The notes beneath the pieces were generated by a model. That model was given only the letters and a program-made list of their open reading frames with translations. It had not been told where the DNA came from and did no database searches. A program made the position numbers and the translations under genes. DNA of 63,475 nt, counting the filler, from Sphacelaria rigidula (lineage: Eukaryota), in the NCBI GenBank assembly GCA_964200075.2. It is 9 parts of 9 records of this genome, joined end to end, with 100 filler letters (N's around TTAATTAATTAA, not from the genome) between each part and the next. Parts side by side here need not be neighbours in the genome. Positions count along the whole stretch, not along the records: positions 1 to 6,965 come from CAXNAA020017166.1; positions 7,066 to 14,030 come from CAXNAA020017167.1; 7 more parts are not named here. One strand, written 5' to 3'. Shown here piece by piece: positions 1 to 12,375 of the stretch; positions within the stretch are counted from its first letter, which is position 1, and every line of letters begins with the position of its first letter.

Positions 1-1
1 G

Positions 2-151
2 CGTACTCATTTGTTGCTTGCCTTAGTCATTTGACCATTGACCACGCATCCCTTTCGAGACGGAGCACTAGGGGGGGGGGGGGGGCTTACTCATGTGGTG
101 CCTGCATTGGTCATTTGACCATGGACCACGCATCCTTTTCGAGATGGAGCA
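2..151 (-). mobile_element. Two tandem 5'-truncated copies of a poly(C)-tailed retroposon 3' end (GAAA-loop variant)
   Basis: gtactcat...gaccattgaccacgcatccctttcgagacggagcac occurs twice, separated by a G-run at 71-85. The same motif recurs at 40381-40457 and 56513-56586. Confidence 0.75.
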
Positions 152-1397
152 CCTTTGCTGGGGGGGGTTATCGCGGGGTATCACTCGTAGGGTGAACGTT
201 GTGGGCTCGTATTCTGCACCGACTCGTAATTTCAAGGGGGGCGCAACGGTGCGCGTTTGTTTGTTGTTGCAGGTGGCGTGCTCCCAGTGGGCGTTCGCGG
301 TGCTTGGGTGGTCAGGCAACAGATTCTTTGAGCGGGAAAGTGAGTTGTTTCTTTCCCTCATTTTCATCCACTGTATTCGGTCTTTTTGCTCATTTGAGTG
401 AGTTCGTCATCATTAATTTATTTTGCGTTTTTACAGCTACCCTCCACCCCCACCCCCACCCCCAACCTTGCCCCTCCCCCTCATCCCCTGCAGCTGCAGA
501 GTGGTATCTTCGCCTTTCCTTCGTTAGCAGCACGACGCGGGAAAGTGTTGAACACACACACCAACAGGTTACTCGTAGCACTATTCTTCTTGTTCTTTTT
601 TCTATTTTTATTTTCGTTCTAGTCGTTTCTGTGTTTTTTAATCGCATCGCGTTTGCGTGAATTTTTCTTGGTCCAATTCTATTTGATTAAACTCTACTGC
701 CTTATTTTGGGGTAGTTAGCCTACGACCACGTAAAGTGTTCGCATCAGATGCCCAGTACACAGTACTACTGTGCGAATATCAGAAGGGTTTTCAATGTGA
801 AGACAAGAAGACAAACGCACATACATGTTTACATGACAAGAAGCGGAGATTGCCCGTGGTTTGCGATATCATGTACATGATCGTACGGTACACCAGTAAA
901 AATTTGTCAGTACAAGCAATTACAGGTCCTGATCACCGTCTGGTCAGAAAGTAGGTTGATGACGTCGCAGTATGACTTACTTGACGAAGCTCATGGTTCA
1001 CGTGTACGCTGATGCATGTCCTCCCGCCGCCTCCAGCCTCCCCCAAATCTAACGGGAGCATTCCGAATTTCACCGGGAATCTTCGGAATCTGACCCTGAA
1101 ATCCGTTTGAGCTGACGTCATCTTGTGGAAGACTTTCCGATCGGAATCCTGGGGGAACCTTTTTTCCTGATCTGTCGATGGACAAGGCAGTCAAATACGG
1201 CGACGCCGGAGAGAAGAAAAAAAAAACTGTAGAATCCGACGAGGTCTAAAGGCAGTACGATGAAAACATGGTGGAAATCCAGCGAACGATCTTATACACA
1301 CAGTGACATGAAGTCTCGTCACCGGACCACGTGATACGAGCCAATTTCTCGAAGTCGCCGCCACAACCACAACCATGCCCTGTTGCTATTATTTCAG

Positions 1398-1558
1398 TTC
1401 GGGAATATGCGAAAAAGGAGCTAAATCTGCGACTCAGCCAGACGGGACTGTCCTCGTATGATTCTGGTACCCCCGTGGAGGAGGTGTTTACGACAGAGCA
1501 AGACATCTTCCGGCGACTCAAGTTGGACTATGTTCCCCCGCACCTACGCTGGGCTTGA
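1398..1558 (+). CDS. Terminal exon of a family-X DNA polymerase (Pol beta/lambda-like thumb subdomain)
   Basis: Acceptor ttatttcag at 1397. Translation (x)REYAKKELNLRLSQTGLSSYDSGTPVEEVFTTEQDIFRRLKLDYVPPHLRWA* matches the PolX C-terminal pattern R..AK..g..L...GL...tEedIF..Lgl.Y.pP..R. Upstream exons not resolved. Confidence 0.75.
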
Positions 1559-1645
1559 GCTTTCTTGTTTTGTCACACTGATTCATTAGAAAAATGAAGG
1601 GTTTTCTTTAATTGTTTGTTTGTCTTGTAATTTTTCCCCCTCTTA

Positions 1646-2107
1646 GGCTACTTATGTCAAGGAAAAAAAACTTATTGAAAAGTGCATTTTTGGCCCTTCT
1701 CCATAGTTTTTCCCCCGAGAAGAGGGCTAGGCGAATGTTGACACCTTGGGATGACTTGTTGTACTCGCCAAGGCCATTCCAGAGCACCTTTGCGTTTTCC
1801 GTAGGTCACAGTTTCGTTTTTGGCCAAACTTGCATTTTCAATAACAAAAGGTCAAGTTATAAAAAAAACAGGGGGAAAATTGGCATGTTTTCGGTAACTT
1901 GACCGTTTGTTATTGAAAATGCAAGTTTGGCCAAAAACGAAACTGTGACCTACGGGAAACGCAAAGGTGCTCTGGAACCGTCTTAGTGAGTAGAGCAAAT
2001 CATTCCAAGGTGTCAACACCGCCTAGCCCTCTTTTCAGGAGAAAAACAACAGAGAAGAGCCAAAAATGCATTGTCCAACAATCTTATTTTTTAGTCTATA
2101 AGTAGCC
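1646..2107. mobile_element. PIF/Harbinger (Tourist)-like foldback MITE
   Basis: Inverted arms of about 210 bp (ggctactt...aagtagcc), flanked on both sides by TTA (1643-45, 2108-10). Confidence 0.8.
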
Positions 2108-2583
2108 TTACGTCTGCTTCTGGGTATGTATTTGTTTGTCGTTTCTATCGAGTCGGGTGGTCGAGAAGCCGGGATTCGTTTTGGATATACCTATACCCAT
2201 GTGGTGCAGATATTGCATCTCGCGATCTTTTCACGATTACATGTCACCTCATCGTTCGTTGTAATTGCGGTGTACTGTAGGCGCCTGTTTCAGCATCAAT
2301 TCTGAAAGCGGACTGTGTGTTTGTGTGTGTGTGCTTATTCTTGTTTTTGGCCATTTCGGGAGGAGTTGCTTGTATATCGGTGTTCCGCCTGTACAGTTGG
2401 ACAGCTGGGAGTGGGGAGACGGTGTGTAGTTTTTCCTGCGATGATGCCATTTTGACGTGAGCTGTTCTCCTGTATGATATCACCCGAGGGTATCCGTAGA
2501 GTTGGGGGAAAAAAAACCGCCATGGCCCCTGAAGTTGGAGTTTGGTGGTTTTAGGGTAGGGGGGTACTATGCAGGAAATTTTG

Positions 2584-2942
2584 TGCGTCCTCTCTATGTC
2601 TAGGGTTACTTATCCGGCGTGCACGTGTCGCTGTTTTACACGTGTGGGACTTGGACGCATCGCACTGTAATCATGATCGTCTATACTTGAGTCATACAGT
2701 CATTTATTCTACACTAAAGTGAAGTGCTCCATGTTCCTGTATACTCGACGCGCGTAGTCACGTCTTAACTATCCAGAATCGAACTTGTTGCGTCCTCGTG
2801 TAGGCTTACTTATCCGGCGTGCATTTGTTGCTATCCTTCATGTCTGGGATTTAGACGCATGGCACCGCAATCGTTATCGTCCATACTTTGATTCATAGAT
2901 TTATTCATTCTACACCGAAGTCAAGTGCGTCATGTTCCTGTG
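2584..2942. repeat. Diverged direct duplication (unit about 155 bp, copies about 205 bp apart)
   Basis: tgcgtcctc...ttacttatccggcgtgca...catgttcctgt at 2584-2740 and 2789-2941. Confidence 0.7.
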
Positions 2943-4149
2943 AATTCAACGAGAATAGTAAAGATCTCGGCTGCCTAGAATGGAGTAGTTATTGTGGCTA
3001 TACGGAGTTCAGGGTGAACACACATGCATTTGTGATTTTGTTTATTTTCATTCCTGGGATTTGCGTTTTTGCTAAAAACGCCGGCGAAGGAGGGGCGAAG
3101 TAGGACACTTTCGCACAAAAATTTATCGCCCCCATAGGAATTGATCTTGTTTTTATAGACTGCCCTGTGTCCAGGGCGCTTCCAATTTTAATTTATTTCG
3201 GTGTTTGTGAGGTTACCGTCTCGGATTTCGGCGGTGAAACCGGAATCGTCTCGGCTGGGTTCTTTTACTCTAAAATGAAGGTCTGCCCGTAACTTATTTA
3301 GTATTTGCACGTGGTATCTATCTCCGTACGGTACGTATTGGAGGGACTGGTGGACTCGTTTCAGTACCAAAACGCCCAGGTATTATAACGCAAATGCTTT
3401 GTCTTGTGTCTCGTTCGAATCACATGTCTGATGCTAATAATAAATACTGCCTGTACTGCAGTATGGTTGCGTCCTTGCATTCCTTGACAAAAACTACGCT
3501 TCCCGCGCCTCGTACACAGCTCATGATAACTGGAGCATGTTGGTGGCGTTTATATCGTGCGTATCCGTTTTTGAACTGGGACGGTATACTATTCGGTACA
3601 GCACGCCGCATGCGCGAGCACTCCAGTAGATCGAAAACAACTGGTTCACCCCAGCTCAAGTGCAACAAAGATGAACTCACTGGCATTTCTCGTGAGTGTT
3701 CTCGACTGAAGCGTGATGACACATGAGGAGAAATACCATGGCGGGCTACCACAGGGGAGTACAGCGCTTCAGTGCACAAGCGCGCTGGCACGAAATCGGC
3801 AACACGGAAAATCACGCTTGCGCTAGCTCGCGCTAGCGCGCATGCTGCTCGAAAATAACGCGCCTTGCGCGTCTAATTCCAATTTTCAAATTGGTTGTTG
3901 TCTCGGGCTATTTCAGATTCGGCATTAGATTTCTGTGACAGAAAACACCTTCTCGTTTTTTTCGGAGTACTTGAAAAAAACGAGGAGACCTTTTCAAAAA
4001 ACGAGCAGAACGTTCCGAAAAACTGCTTAAAAGATGACCCCATTATCTGGACTAAAGTGTGGTATACTCAGCACAAGACAACTCTGCAGTGGTATATGAA
4101 GTGCAGAGTACTACACTGAACACCAGACAACACGGCAGTTCTGCAGGGT

Positions 4150-4930
4150 TTTCTGGTTTTAGAACCTGAAGACGGACTGTATACAGTATGCTTCAGCTTC
4201 TCTTGTTGCAAAATCACAGCATCCTGACTGATACTATATCTGTTACAGCTTGATTACAGAGAGACGAACGCAACAATACAGCACATGAAGCAATCTCAGC
4301 GGAGACCAAACGGTCTTCGCAAGGTCTAAACACACCCCAGAACAGTGATAAATACAGCACATGAGAGCGGTAGTGGGTGTGTTTGTGCTGTAGTACAGTG
4401 AGACAAAACATGTCCCATGTTTTAGTTCTTCGGCTGATTTCACACACCGCTCTAAACCTGAAGACGGACTGTGTTCAATTGCAAGAACTTGTAAGCCAGA
4501 TCTGCACGCAGGTTGAGAATTGCGGCGGGCGTAGAAAACACAGCACATCAAGCAATCTCAGCGGAGACCAAACGGTCTTCGTAAGCTGTAAACACACCCC
4601 AGAACAGTGATATCTACAGCACATGAGAGCGGAAGTGAGTATGTTTGTGCTGCAGTACAGTGAGACAAGACATGTCCCATGTTTTAGTTCTTCGGCTGAT
4701 TTCATACACCGCTCTAAACCTGAAGATGGGCTGTGTTCAATTGCAAAAACTTGTAAGCCAGATCTGCTCGCAGTGTTTGTGCTGCAGTACGGTACAGTGA
4801 GACAAGACATGTCCCATGTTTTAGTTCTTCGGCTGATTTCATACACCACCCGAAACCTGAAGACGGACTGTATTCAAATTCAAAAACTTGTAAGACAGAT
4901 CTGCACGCAGATTGAGAATTGCAGCGGGTG
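4150..4930 (+). repeat. Dispersed repeat, locally tandemly duplicated
   Basis: aagcaatctcagcggagaccaaacgg and gacaagacatgtcccatgttttagttcttcggctgatttc blocks are repeated 2-3 times. A reverse-complement copy lies at about 52950-53160. Confidence 0.75.
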
Positions 4931-6965
4931 TGGTAGTGGTCGTTAGTCCAACCAGGTCCAAGATCTGTGAAATGCTGCCGACAAGATGCAACAACGGAGC
5001 ACAACACCTACACACCCAGCCCTGAAAAAACAAACACAGACACCCACTACTCACGCGCATCGTTCAAGTGATACCTCATCATCCACACACGACAGCCTTT
5101 GTTTGACGGAAACCCGTCCAGTATTCGATGAAAGGCGCAAATTCAAAAACTTGGAACCCAGAAGTGCACGCAGGTTGAGAAATGCTATTTTCATGGTTCC
5201 TCACCGCAATAATAGTAGAACTCTGCAGGCCGCCGTGGTTGATTTATTTTTTGGGGGTACTTGTCTTGACTTTTCTAACCCCGGGCCTGGAGTTTGTCCC
5301 TCATGCGCGATTATCCCATCGGACATGTGTTTTGGGAATTTCCTGCCTTTCTCGGCTATACGCCCCCGACCGCCTATTTCTTTCGTCGAGTGCTGTTGCC
5401 GTCGACGTAGTCGTTGGCTTCCCCCCAGACGCGTCCGAGACTCTATCCTTGGTCTCCATTGTGTACCACATCTGGATGGGCGCCCACGACGCCACGCAGT
5501 TCCGTTTGCAAGGGGAGTGACTCAAGTACGATTGCACTACTGGGGGTAGCACTACCGGGTCTCCCTCCTTCGATGCCTACTGGCATTCCGGGAAACAAGT
5601 GTTGTACGTGTATCTCAAGACGGCTCTACAAGTAGTGGCCAGCGGTAGATCGGGGGGACCTACCGGACACTTGCCAAGCGACGACTCCGGTCTTAGCTCC
5701 ACCTTCCTGCGCGCCCTTGCGCACGTGGAAAGTCGTCACTCGGACTAGATCGATAATGTCTGGAATTTGCGTGCTGCAATGCACGATCACCGTCAATTAT
5801 GGATCTTCTTTTCTCCTCGTCCATTCTTGATATTGTATACCATTCTTCTTCTTCGTTAATCGCATTTGCCTCTTGTGTCCCTTTTACATTCCATTCCACT
5901 CTATGAAAGGATAGGAAGAGTGGAAGCGCGCTGCGAAGCAGAGCAATCTATGTAATTAAATGCGTTCGTTAGATTCAATGCAGAGGTTAGCTGAGCCGAC
6001 ACTGCATACGAACCGCAGCGTGACGCGTTCGCCGGTACTACGTGCTCACTGCACAGCGGCGGGATGCAGGGTAACAAAGCACACTGCAAGACATGAAATT
6101 CTTCGTCTACCCCTGCCCTGCCAAGGGTCTGTGGAAAACCTTTTTTCGGACTGGGAGGCCCCCCTCCCTACCCCCTCCAAGAGGGCGATTTTTCGAAAAT
6201 TGTCATGACTTTTTACTTTCTTCTCGTGATTTTTTTGTGATTTTTGTTCTGCTCCTTGCACGCCCTGTCCCAATGACCTCGGATGTCGGCAATGCTCACA
6301 TACATCTATGTCCAATACACGAGCGCACGGTAGCGACAGCCTGTAGCCAAAGTAGCAACACTATTTCACGCCTCGCCAAATTTTCCCGTACTACTAGTGG
6401 TAAATGGTCGAGGCACACGACACGGAACATGATCCCATAAATATAATCATGGTGAGTGATGAGGTTGGAGGGGCCGTGTATCCGTCATCTCAGCGGTCTC
6501 CATGCCAAGAATCTCTGTACGCGGCGGCTGACCGCATCCGCCAACGCCTCGGCAATAAACAAGGGGACAGCAGGCTGGGTGCCCCCCTCCCCCCCCCCTC
6601 TCTCGCCAGCAGCTCCAGACCGATCGACGCCTGCCTCCTGATCGTACCNNNNNNNNNGCAAAAAACCCCCCCCCCGGCCCCCCCCGGCCCCCCCCCCCCC
6701 CCCCCCCCCCGGAACACACAACCGGGCAGCCGGCCGGGGTCCCCCCCCCCCCCCCCCCTCAAAAACTCGAATTTTCGATCTTGGGGCCTACGTTTCCCGA
6801 AATATATATTTCGACAGACCCTTGGTCCTGCATTGATTTTGCATTGTCCTATGCAGCTCGCCACATCCTGAACGCAGCCGCTTGTATCGCGGCCAACATG
6901 TACGTAGGATATATAGCCTCTGCCAGACGATCTGGACAAGAGGGCTATTCAGTGAGGGACTTCTC

Positions 6966-7065
6966 NNNNNNNNNNNNNNNNNNNNNNNNNNNNNNNNNNN
7001 NNNNNNNNNTTAATTAATTAANNNNNNNNNNNNNNNNNNNNNNNNNNNNNNNNNNNNNNNNNNNN
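6966..7065. other. Artificial scaffold linker (N44-TTAATTAATTAA-N44); also at 14031, 21095, 28159, 35223, 42287, 49350, 56413
   Basis: Identical 100-bp spacer with stops in all six frames, recurring about every 7064 bp. Scaffold lengths descend from 6965 to 6963. Confidence 0.97.
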
Positions 7066-7088
7066 GTCTAAAATCGTTAGGAGCCCCT

Positions 7089-7175
7089 GAACCAGACAAG
7101 ATTTCGCGAAAAAAGTGCACCCCTACCGTAGCATTGCTCAGGGGTGCCCTTGTTTCGCGAAATTTTGTCTGGTTC
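7089..7175. repeat. 36-bp inverted repeat with 15-nt loop
   Basis: gaaccagacaagatttcgcgaaaaaagtgcacccct / aggggtgcccttgtttcgcgaaattttgtctggttc (3 mismatches). Confidence 0.85.
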
Positions 7176-7448
7176 TGAGTCTCCCAACGATTCTAGACGC
7201 AGAAGAGTATGGGTTAGGGCATCCCCATTTGCAGATTTATCCGGGATATCCCCTGCACATTGGAATAGTAACCCTAGCGTACTCTCGCATATGTTCATAA
7301 GTCGTGTTTTGGATGAGGTAAAGGGTCCTAACAGTTCTAACCTCAGAAAAAAATTGTGTACCCCTACCGTAGCATCACTCTTACGCTCCTTGAACGCTTT
7401 TGCTGGTGGGTCGGTTTGGAAGCGTCCGTCCGTTTTTGGATTCGGCGT

Positions 7449-9200
7449 TGCTTCAAGTGCCAAGCCCGCAAAACCTCACGACAGGCAATACGTTGACCCG
7501 TCATTTCTATGGCACTCCCCAGTGCCCCTGGCCATCTTATATCGTTCGAATACTTCAGTCCCTTACCGACTACGGATCGTGGCAACACCTACCTTTTAGT
7601 CTTCACTGACCATTACAGCCGCCATGCATCCATGTACGTCATCACCGGTGGAGACTTCACAGTCGCAGGCACAGCTGACATGTTGGTCCACGACTATGCC
7701 GAGCAGCATGGTTGCCCGAAACGACTCCTCTCCGACAATGGTCCGCAATTTTGTTCCGACCCCTCCGATGCACTCTACAAGCTCCACGGCATTCGCAAGA
7801 TCGCCACAAGCGCTTACCACCCCAATGGAAACGGCGGAGCTGAACGTGTTAATCACACTATGGCACAGATGCTTCCTATGGTTGTCAACACCGCCAAAAC
7901 GATTAGGACCTCCATCTGTCGCATATTATGCTATCCTACAACAACTCGGTTAACGCCGCTACTGGCCTCTCTCCGAATAAACTGCAACTGGGGCGCTACC
8001 CTTGATTGCCCATCACCGTGTTCGAAAGACACGCCTTCGATGGCCACCAAGGCCTAGATCAGGATCAGATGTCCTACCATGACCTCGCGCACGCGCGACA
8101 GCGCAAAGCCTTCACCCTCGTACGGGAACAACACGCTATCAACGCCTCGCGCGCGTTGAATATACAACACCGCTCTCTACAGCTTGATGCACAAACGTCC
8201 CACCTGGAAGGTTGGCGATTGGGTGTGGGTTTACAATAGTGTGTCGACTATCCGTCAAGGCGCTGACAGGGCCGCCAACGAGACAGTCTTGAAGACTAAA
8301 TTATCGCTTAACTGGACAGGGCCGTTGAAGATCTTGTCCGTTGGCCCCTCGCCATCATTTCCTAATGGGAAACCTGTTGATGACAAACCTGTCTATCTTG
8401 ACCTCCCTCGCGACTTTCGGGGACATGACGCTAAACCTCGCGTCTCCGTGCACCGGTGCAAAGTTTGCATGAACCCACATGACACTAGTGACATGCCGAA
8501 ATATTTGCCTGCCTGCGTAACCCAATACGTGCTAAACACCTACTCGATCAAGTCACCGCTTCATCACGTTACTGCCAACGACGTGACCGCACAACCTCTC
8601 CGCCTAGCCGTGTCCCATATCTCCGGCCACCAGATTACTCGCGGATGAGGAGGCAAAATCGCCGTCATGTACAAGACCCACTGGCACGGCCTTCGGCGGG
8701 CGTCTTGGGAACGCAAATCTGACCTTCAGTTGCACCGCCGTGCAATTCTTCTCTACTGGACGGAACCTGCACAGCAACATCTTGCTGAAAACAAGAAATA
8801 TTGCAGTATGTGCCACGGCGCTGCGACCCGCGGACTTCACCGCAACAAAGAACTACGCTTTGTTGATATTGGTCACGAATTAGTACCCACGAAACAATGG
8901 CCTGATAAGATCCACGCAAAATAGGGCGTGCTCCCTAAAGGTGCCTACTCGTGGTACAAGGGCAACGACAACCTCTGGTGGCCGTGCCAAATCCATTCAG
9001 TTGACCCTCACGCGGAGAGTGCCTACATCGTTCGCTTCATCGATGACCCTGGGCCCGTGCAGCTCAAGCTCCGCACAGAGGTTTACATCATCAGCCCATC
9101 AACACCACATGGTTCCTGGTGTCTATAACGGCTCAAATCCAAGGGCCTCCGTCAAACCATCCAGCGCATTGTCGATCGCACTCACAACGTCAACGCACCG
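7449..9200 (+). mobile_element. Decayed Ty3/Gypsy pol 3' half: integrase + chromo-like + PWWP-like domains
   Basis: CFKCQARK zinc-finger end; GNTYLLVFTDHYSR, LLSDNGPQF, SAYHPNGNGGAERVN; WKVGDWVWV..LSLNWTGP (GPY/F); YKTHWHGLRRASWE; WYKGNDNLWWPCQI..YIVRFID. Frameshifts and stops present. Confidence 0.9.
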
Positions 9201-9903
9201 TCTTAAGCTTTCACACGCTTTCACTTAAATCACTGCCTCCAACGCGATGTTTATCTCCCTCCCAGTTTCGTTTTCGGAACATTCCTATCCGTCACTACTC
9301 AGGTACGACGCATTCACACTACCACTCCTGTCAACACCCTGCCAACGGAGCTAACTTGGAGCGCCACCACCGAATCACGACCGGAGCTTGCCTGAAGCAC
9401 CTTCATCTACCACTACCGGAGCCATCGCTTTCATTCCTTACACCTGCATGGCTGACGCCAGACCGCTTTGGGTCTTCGATCTGCTGATTTTCTGTTTTCT
9501 GTTTTCCTTTGGGAGGAGCCCACCATGCAATGGTTGCATTGGTTCGCCCTTTGGCGTTAAATCTGGTGTTCCCTGCGTAGACCCGTATCTCCTGTCCTTT
9601 CCCCGATTTGACTCGTTTTCGTTCTAGCTAGCGCGTCATGGCATTATGTGCTCTTCCGTTTCATCGCTAGAGCATTGTGTGCTCCTGCGCTTTTGAGCGC
9701 AATTGCGCAATTGCGCCTCTTGGCAGCAGTGTATGCTTGTCTTGTTTCAGGTGTGGGAGGACCGGGCAAAGGGCTGGCCATCGCCCTATTGAGGTCTGTC
9801 TTTCTGGTATATTTCTTTTTGGGTTGCCTTTCTTCCACTCATGACATCACGAGCGAAGAAATGAGCCTCAATTTTCGTTGCTTTGATACTTTTTCACCGA
9901 AGC

Positions 9904-12375
9904 TGTAATGAAGCCTCGTCTGGATGGACCAGTGTCATGAGGTGAAGAGGCGTTTGCAGTATCTCCTCTTCAGACTCGCAGGTCACAAGCATTGTCAGAT
10001 ATGGGATCTTTATTTGTAGGCACACGGAACCTTTCGGAGGTTCTGTGGGGCAGATGCGCTTTGGGGCATGTGTAGATCAGATTGATGTTTCCCCAAATCT
10101 CGGAGAGCAGCACGCCTCCCGAGTATAGACGATCGGTCCAGCTTTGACCTCTCCCCACCTTTCCTCACTCTCAGCTTGGATGTTCAGCCATCGACCACAA
10201 CATTGTCCCTGGTGATTACTGGTGAAAGCTAGGAACGGGAGCCATCAGATGAATAAAGTGACAACCAGCTTCCTATTTGAGCTTCTTATTCGATCAATAG
10301 GTGCGAGAACCTTGAGCGTGAATCCTGGAGTACCGGATACTCTATATCCATCGTGCTGCTGCCGTATGTGACGAAGATACGCCGTTACGTTGAGTTCGTA
10401 GTGATGATATGGATGATGACTGTTGGTAGCGATGATCTGGATAATGACCGAGGACACTAGGATGATACCCTGGCGTGTCTAGGTGGGTGCCTTGGAAGGT
10501 CACTTCGATAATATGAGATGCTGTAAAGACTGACAACTGAAACTGAGGCCAGTGAGACTGGGGAGTCCCTCAACACTTGTGATCAAGCAGTTCTTCCTCT
10601 CACTGGCGTCACAAAATCGATATTAGTGCTAGTGCTAGTGCTAGTGTTAGTGCTAGAAACCTTCTAGAAAGGATTTCGGTAGGAGTCTGGTAGCTGTGGA
10701 ACCCTGATACACCACGGGCGCGTGGAGAGGGTTCCAGCTGAGGCAGCTGGAGAAAGGCGGCTGGCCTGTGATTGATCCAGACTTGAGACTTGCTAAAGCT
10801 GCGGGCAGCGGAAGTTTGGAGGATCCTACGACTGTGTGGTGCGGCGACGAGGCAAGGAAGTGTGCAATTCGCGAAATTCCGCTGGCCTCTGACAGTTCGC
10901 AGGTAGCCGGTTGCAGCTACGCGTATAACGACCGGTTCGTGTACTACGACCAGCGTGACGCCCGTGGTTTTGCAGGGAGAAATGCGACCTCCCCAATACG
11001 GGGATAGGTACTCAAAGAGGGCCTCTGGAAGTTTGCAGAGAGTGTTTTCTCGTTTAGAGCATAAATATATCACAATCACCCTGCCGCAATTGGTTGCGCT
11101 GATCAGAAAGCATGCTGGGCATGCGGCGACACTTGCCACTGTTGCGGCCAGGTAGGCCATTACGCGCGCGATTGCCCAAGGTCTTCCGGTGGAGAGTCTG
11201 GGCAGTCTCATGCCGCGCGTCATCAGCATCGTCAGCACAAGGGCAAAATACGAGGTAATCGTGGTGGCGGCGGCGGATCCTCCGGCGGTGGAGGATCACA
11301 GTCGAGTCCTCAGCAGCAGCAGCAGCAGCAGCGGCGTCAGCATGAGTCTGGTTTTGGGGTCGGCGCCGCTGTAGGTGCTGCTGCTCCGCAACGGGCGGTG
11401 CAGGTGGGACCGACTTCTACAGTGTCGCACACTGCGCCGGTGCCGGTGATGGCACCGGTGACGACACCGGCAGCAGCGCCAGGCGCGACGCCTGCTGACC
11501 CGCTGCTCGGAGGTTTGCCGAATTCTTGGTCTGCTCGCTGGGGGTCATACCCGCCGGCAGTGACGTTCGAATCTGCTGGGGCGTCTTCGCCTGCTGCGCA
11601 GCCGTGGCGTCAAGTAGGATCAGCGGCGTATCGGTCGGCGAATAGAGGGTCAGTGGAGTCTGCGCACAACTACGTGCCTGCGGAGCTGTGTCTCCCGAAT
11701 CAACGGGAGCGTGGAGCCATTGCGGTTCAGGCTAAGTGGGGCTCTTGCGCCCACTTGACGGGTCATATAAGTCTGTCGGTACAGATTGTGGAGATAGTGG
11801 AGCGTCTTCTCCCGGGTGTGCCGCTGCGCATTCCGCTTTCGCTCGGGGTGCGGCAGGCCGTCACCGCGTTGTGTCAGCATGTTTACGTCACAGAGCGTAC
11901 TGTTCTGCGTCAGCTGACTTTCACGACTCCCTGGCGGCCGGGGCAGTTGCCTCCGATCTCGTTTGCGATCATGCCGGGGTCAGATGGCCTTATTCTTCTG
12001 GGGTTGCCGATGGTTCAGGATAGTGAAGGGGGAGTCAACGCTCGGCGGTTGTGGGACTCCATGAAGACGCGGATGACTCCGCCTGGTCCACGCTTGGAGA
12101 CACCCGCCCTTTCGGGCAGTCGTCGCGTGAGTTTGTCAGTGGATACTTTTCAGGAGGCTGGAGGGCAGGTGACCGAGGAGCGGGATGCGGCGGTGGGACG
12201 CTTACTAAAGCGCGGCCCGGACATGTTATGATTCCGGCGGAAGAGGAGTCCGCTCGGAAGGTCGCTCCGATAATATGAGATGCTGTGAAGGCTGACAAGT
12301 GAAACTGAGGCCAGTAAGACTGGGGAGTTCCTCAACAGCATTGATCCAGCAGTTCTTCCACTTGCTGGCGTCACA
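9904..12375 (+). mobile_element. Internally deleted LTR retrotransposon (Gypsy-like): LTR, gag zinc knuckle, degenerate protease, partial 3' LTR
   Basis: Direct repeat of about 120 bp ending ggcgtcaca at 10494-10613 and 12256-12375. CHCCGQVGHYARDC (CX2CX4HX4C) at 11134-11175. FAIMPGSDGLILLGLP protease tail. The 5' boundary is tentative. Confidence 0.75.

Noticed and set aside
911-950. Possible upstream PolX exon (QAITGPDHRLVR)
   Set aside because: Its donor phase (2) does not match the acceptor phase (1) at 1398.
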